From the NCBI GenBank assembly GCA_008632985.1, contig QPGO01000119.1:62001-126000 (forward strand): a stretch of 64,000 bases of DNA, in the 5' to 3' direction. The notes beneath the pieces were generated by a model. That model did no database searches, was not told the origin of the DNA, and saw nothing but the letters and a program-made list of their open reading frames with translations. The translations under genes and the position numbers were made by a program. The stretch is from Psammoneis japonica (Eukaryota). This document shows, piece after piece, positions 60,631 through 64,000 of this stretch (positions are counted from its first letter, which is position 1; the number at the start of each line of letters is the position of its first letter).

Positions 60631-61091
60631 ACAGTAAAAATCTGTTTGTCGGAGTACTGTATCGATTTTTTGAATCGTGCTCCAGCTCTTTTCGAGTTAT
60701 GAAAATCTTCAGATTTTATAGGTTTTTATCTAAAACGAGGAATCGGTGTCGCAGCGAAATTATAACCTCCAGTGACTAAGTACTTGAATGTTGCAAAACA
60801 TGTCTCAACGGTAGCAAGGGCTTTATCCAATTATTCATTCTGGAATAAATTTCATTTTCTTTTTCGGAATCTTCTTGGAAGTCGTTGAGACTCTGACGAG
60901 ACTTCGTGGCACACAAGAAACCTCTTTTGCTTCTGCGTTCGTTCCTACCGGTAGAAGTACCTGCCTGTGTGAGGATTTTGTGGGGCCGGTCGTGCAAAAG
61001 AGCCCATTGAAGTTGTTGCTGTTACAGTATCACGCTTCACACAACACATGGCAAAACCCCTTCACCTTTGTATCTCACAGACCTTATGTTG

Positions 61092-62537
61092 ATGATGAAG
61101 GCCACTACTGCTTCTCTCTTGCTGTTATTGACGGTTCCCGTCGCTTCCGCTGATATTTTTGATTGTTTTCGAGTCCAGGAAAGCATTTTCGACATGACAC
61201 TGGATGAAATGCGAGAGTGTCTCAGCGATACCATGAGCGATATGCTTGCCAAGTTTGGAGAAATGATAGATAACGAGTGTTTGATGAATGCTAATATGGA
61301 CGAGTTTAAATTGGGAAATTGTTTCGAGCAAACCGCGGGTAAGAATTCAGAAGAGTTGAGTGAAATTACCGGAATCAAGTGTTTGAAGGCGGCTGCGGAC
61401 GAAAAAGATTGGAACGCCATGTGGAAATGTTATCGACAAGAACTACATCCCTTTTCAGAACCAGAGTGTATCAGGGAAGGCATGGAGTTGGGTGATATGA
61501 TTGCTTGCATGAACAAAACAATCGATGATACCTTTGCCGAGATGGAGGAGCCAGAACCCTGTGTCGTTAAATCTCTACAAGATTTGAGTGACTGTGCCAA
61601 AGCACAGAGCGACGTGTGTTCCGAGCCATGTGAAGAAACCACCTTTAGCGCACTCGAGAAACTGCAGTACAAGGACATGACGTGTGGAGGCCTTCAATCT
61701 GGACTGATGAATCCCGTTTGCGAATTTGCCAGCTGCTGCAAACCCTGTTTGAACATGGTGGCGGAGGTTGGAACTTGCATGGTGAATGACGTTTTGAGGC
61801 GCAAGGGGGACGACAGGTGCACCATGACTTGTTCTACTTTTCAGTCTACTCGTCGTCTTGGTGCTGGTCGTAACTTGAATGGAACGAGTGACGTGTTTGG
61901 GCGTCCCACTTCGGAACCAGAGGAACCCGTTGTGCACTGTGGAACCGAGCTTCAAGGACAACGTCGTACCTTGGAAACTGTGGAGAATCTTATGGACTGC
62001 TCTCTTGCAGAGTATTTGGAGCTCATTGGCGAGAGTGTCCCCGAGCCGACTGATCCTCCGCAGGTTACTGAACCCCCGCAAGTGACGGATCCTCCTCAAG
62101 TTACCGATCCTCCTCAAGTGACGGACCCCCCTCAAGTTACCGACCCTCCTCAACTTACTGATCCGCCGCAGACGACCGATCCTCCTCAAGTTACCGACCC
62201 TCCTCAGGTTACTGATCCTCCTCAAGTTACTGATCCCCCTCAGGCGACCGATCCTCCTGAGACTACCGACCCCCCTCAGGCGACCGATCCTCCTGAGACT
62301 ACCGACCCCCCCCAGGCGACTGATCCTCCTCAAGTGACCGATCCGCCTCAGGTAACTGATCCTCCTCAGGCAACTGACGCTCCCGAAGCTACAAATCCTC
62401 CGCAAGCCACGGATCCTCCGGTTGTAGACAACGGCAACCCCTCCCAATCAGAAGAGCCTCTTGATGACTCTGGAGCCAGTCTTCGTGGGTCTGTTCTTTT
62501 GTCTACATTCGTACTAGTCATGGCGACTCTTGTGTAA
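61092..62537 (+). CDS. Secreted Cys-rich protein with about 21 tandem TDPPQV hexapeptides and a GPI-like C-terminus
   Basis: Signal MMKATTASLLLLLTVPVASA; Cys-rich domain; TRRL; 18-nt repeat at ~62047-62425 varying at wobble positions; DSGAS plus a hydrophobic tail. Confidence 0.9.
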   Translation: MMKATTASLLLLLTVPVASADIFDCFRVQESIFDMTLDEMRECLSDTMSDMLAKFGEMIDNECLMNANMDEFKLGNCFEQTAGKNSEELSEITGIKCLKAAADEKDWNAMWKCYRQELHPFSEPECIREGMELGDMIACMNKTIDDTFAEMEEPEPCVVKSLQDLSDCAKAQSDVCSEPCEETTFSALEKLQYKDMTCGGLQSGLMNPVCEFASCCKPCLNMVAEVGTCMVNDVLRRKGDDRCTMTCSTFQSTRRLGAGRNLNGTSDVFGRPTSEPEEPVVHCGTELQGQRRTLETVENLMDCSLAEYLELIGESVPEPTDPPQVTEPPQVTDPPQVTDPPQVTDPPQVTDPPQLTDPPQTTDPPQVTDPPQVTDPPQVTDPPQATDPPETTDPPQATDPPETTDPPQATDPPQVTDPPQVTDPPQATDAPEATNPPQATDPPVVDNGNPSQSEEPLDDSGASLRGSVLLSTFVLVMATLV

Positions 62538-62889
62538 ACGAAAATGGGGACCTTTTTTTTTTTAAAGTGGAGTCTAGCTGTTTTCACGCTTGCATGGCTT
62601 TTATTTTATACTGGTGTCGATTCAAGTGCTACGTAATGAGAAATGTTTAGGCTAAGGCTTTTTATAATGCTGTCTTCTGGACTTGTCACACTTTGAGGCA
62701 AACAACGCGTACTTGCATTCACTTGTGCCCAGAATGCCGCTTCTGGCAGTAGCCATGCTTTTTTGTATGTTGTGGACCAGCCGAGGGAGATAAAGGAGAG
62801 AGAGCGTCGACCTTGCGCATCCTGAACGACCTGTCGAGCGATGAACAGTTCATACAAGAGCGTCGTAACTAGGCTGTTTATTGCATTCA

Positions 62890-64000
62890 CCCGCAATCAA
62901 CCACAAAAGGACTTGATAAACTGCCAAACAGCCTGTGTGGAAAAGAGCTCTCAAACACTGAGCAGTCCACGTCTCCTGTGCTGCTCCAAATCTGATGATT
63001 GCAGCTGCTGCTGTGACTGGAAAAAATCCCATGCTGAGAATGTGACAACAGAAAACATCATTGGCAAAGGAACCACCACCAAATTGCAAAAGAGACAAAC
63101 ATTCATTCCACTGCTGGGGCACCACCATGCAAAGCACATGCAGTTGCTCTGTTTCCTTGATGGCCCTCGTTTTGTGTTGGACCCAGCACCCACTGTTGAA
63201 CAAAGTTGTGTTGAATCTGTTGTTGGGATTGAGGTGAGGATTGGGGGGAAGCTTCAGCCTTGTGGGTGGTGATGTGGCAAAAGGGGAGACACAGTTGGCT
63301 CCAACAAGGCTTTTGCTGTTGGCATGAGTGTTCTCCACTGCCGAGTTCTTGTTGGTGGAGCCGCCGTTGCCAGATGTGTTGAAAGGCAAACACGCTTGTG
63401 CAACCACCACACCAATGCTGCTCTGCTGCTGAGTGCAACCCCACACCCACAGGGGCTTGTTGTGACATCATTGAAAAATCCCCTTCGTGCACTCAAGCTT
63501 GGTGTGCGCAGCTGGCACTTTTTGGATGTCCGCTGCCTGGGCTTGGATGTGCAGCTTTTTCCTGCCAATGTTGCAGTGGCAAAACAAGCTCTGCTGGTGC
63601 TGCCTTTGGTGACATGACATGGTGATGAAAGATTTGAGTGAACAGTTTTTCACCCAGACATTGTGACACTCATCACAACTCTTTCGAGAGGTGCCGCGCA
63701 CCCTCGCCCAATGGCAAGTGTGTCTTTTCTTTTTGTGCTGAGCTTTCCGGTGGCTCCAGTTCTCAATCTTCCTGTGAACACATCTGAGTCTAGCTCCTGT
63801 CAATTTCTTCCTTCTTTCGCATTTCTTCTTCATTGTTTTTGGCAGCATTGCATCATTGAGCCTTCGGCGCATTCGAGAGCTGGAACTGGTCAATTGTTGG
63901 TTCTTCGTCCGAATGTCCGAATGCGATGTTCCCGTCCGCGGCAAAGATTCAAGCTGAATTCATTATTTTTGTCACGAATGAATTGGAATCGCGGTTTTGT
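62890..64000. mobile_element. Start of another TpA-depleted repeat block (probably extends to or past the window edge)
   Basis: Almost no TpA between ~62920 and ~63960; overlapping Cys/His/Gln-rich spurious ORFs. Confidence 0.5.

Noticed and set aside
61575..62447. 290-aa minus-strand ORF with LRRIG repeats, and similar antisense ORFs at 434-718 and 10690-11136
   Set aside because: Antisense shadows of plus-strand repeat-coding genes; wobble variation supports the plus frames.

Overview
Eukaryotic nuclear DNA, almost certainly from a diatom: it carries a silicon transporter with the four GxQ motifs and CMLD, a frustulin-like gene, ASAF-type bipartite plastid presequences, short GT-AG introns and diatom-type Ty1/copia elements. 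About 20 host genes are interleaved with five transposon-derived blocks (~12.5-15.5, ~41.9-44.9, ~50.8-55.4, ~57.3-60.6 and ~62.9-64 kb) and one structurally complete 6.6-kb copia element (15477-22054; 347-bp LTRs, CAGTC target-site duplication). The main signal is a repeat-restricted A-to-G (T-to-C) hypermutation focused on TpA, the reverse of fungal RIP. All 16 differences between the two LTRs fit A>G in a WA context (13 TA, 3 AAT). Conserved Tyr codons of pol have become His or Cys (YVDD to HVDD), the pol stop appears converted from TAA to CAA, and the older repeat blocks are almost free of TpA while neighbouring genes are normal. Other items: probable UGA-CUG gag-pol readthrough, a non-canonical PBS, a truncated alpha-COP propeller with a membrane anchor, a Cys-rich GPI-like surface protein family, bacterial-looking genes and a 1.8-kb inverted-repeat element. 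Many host genes have single-base frameshifts, probably assembly indels. All counts were made by eye.
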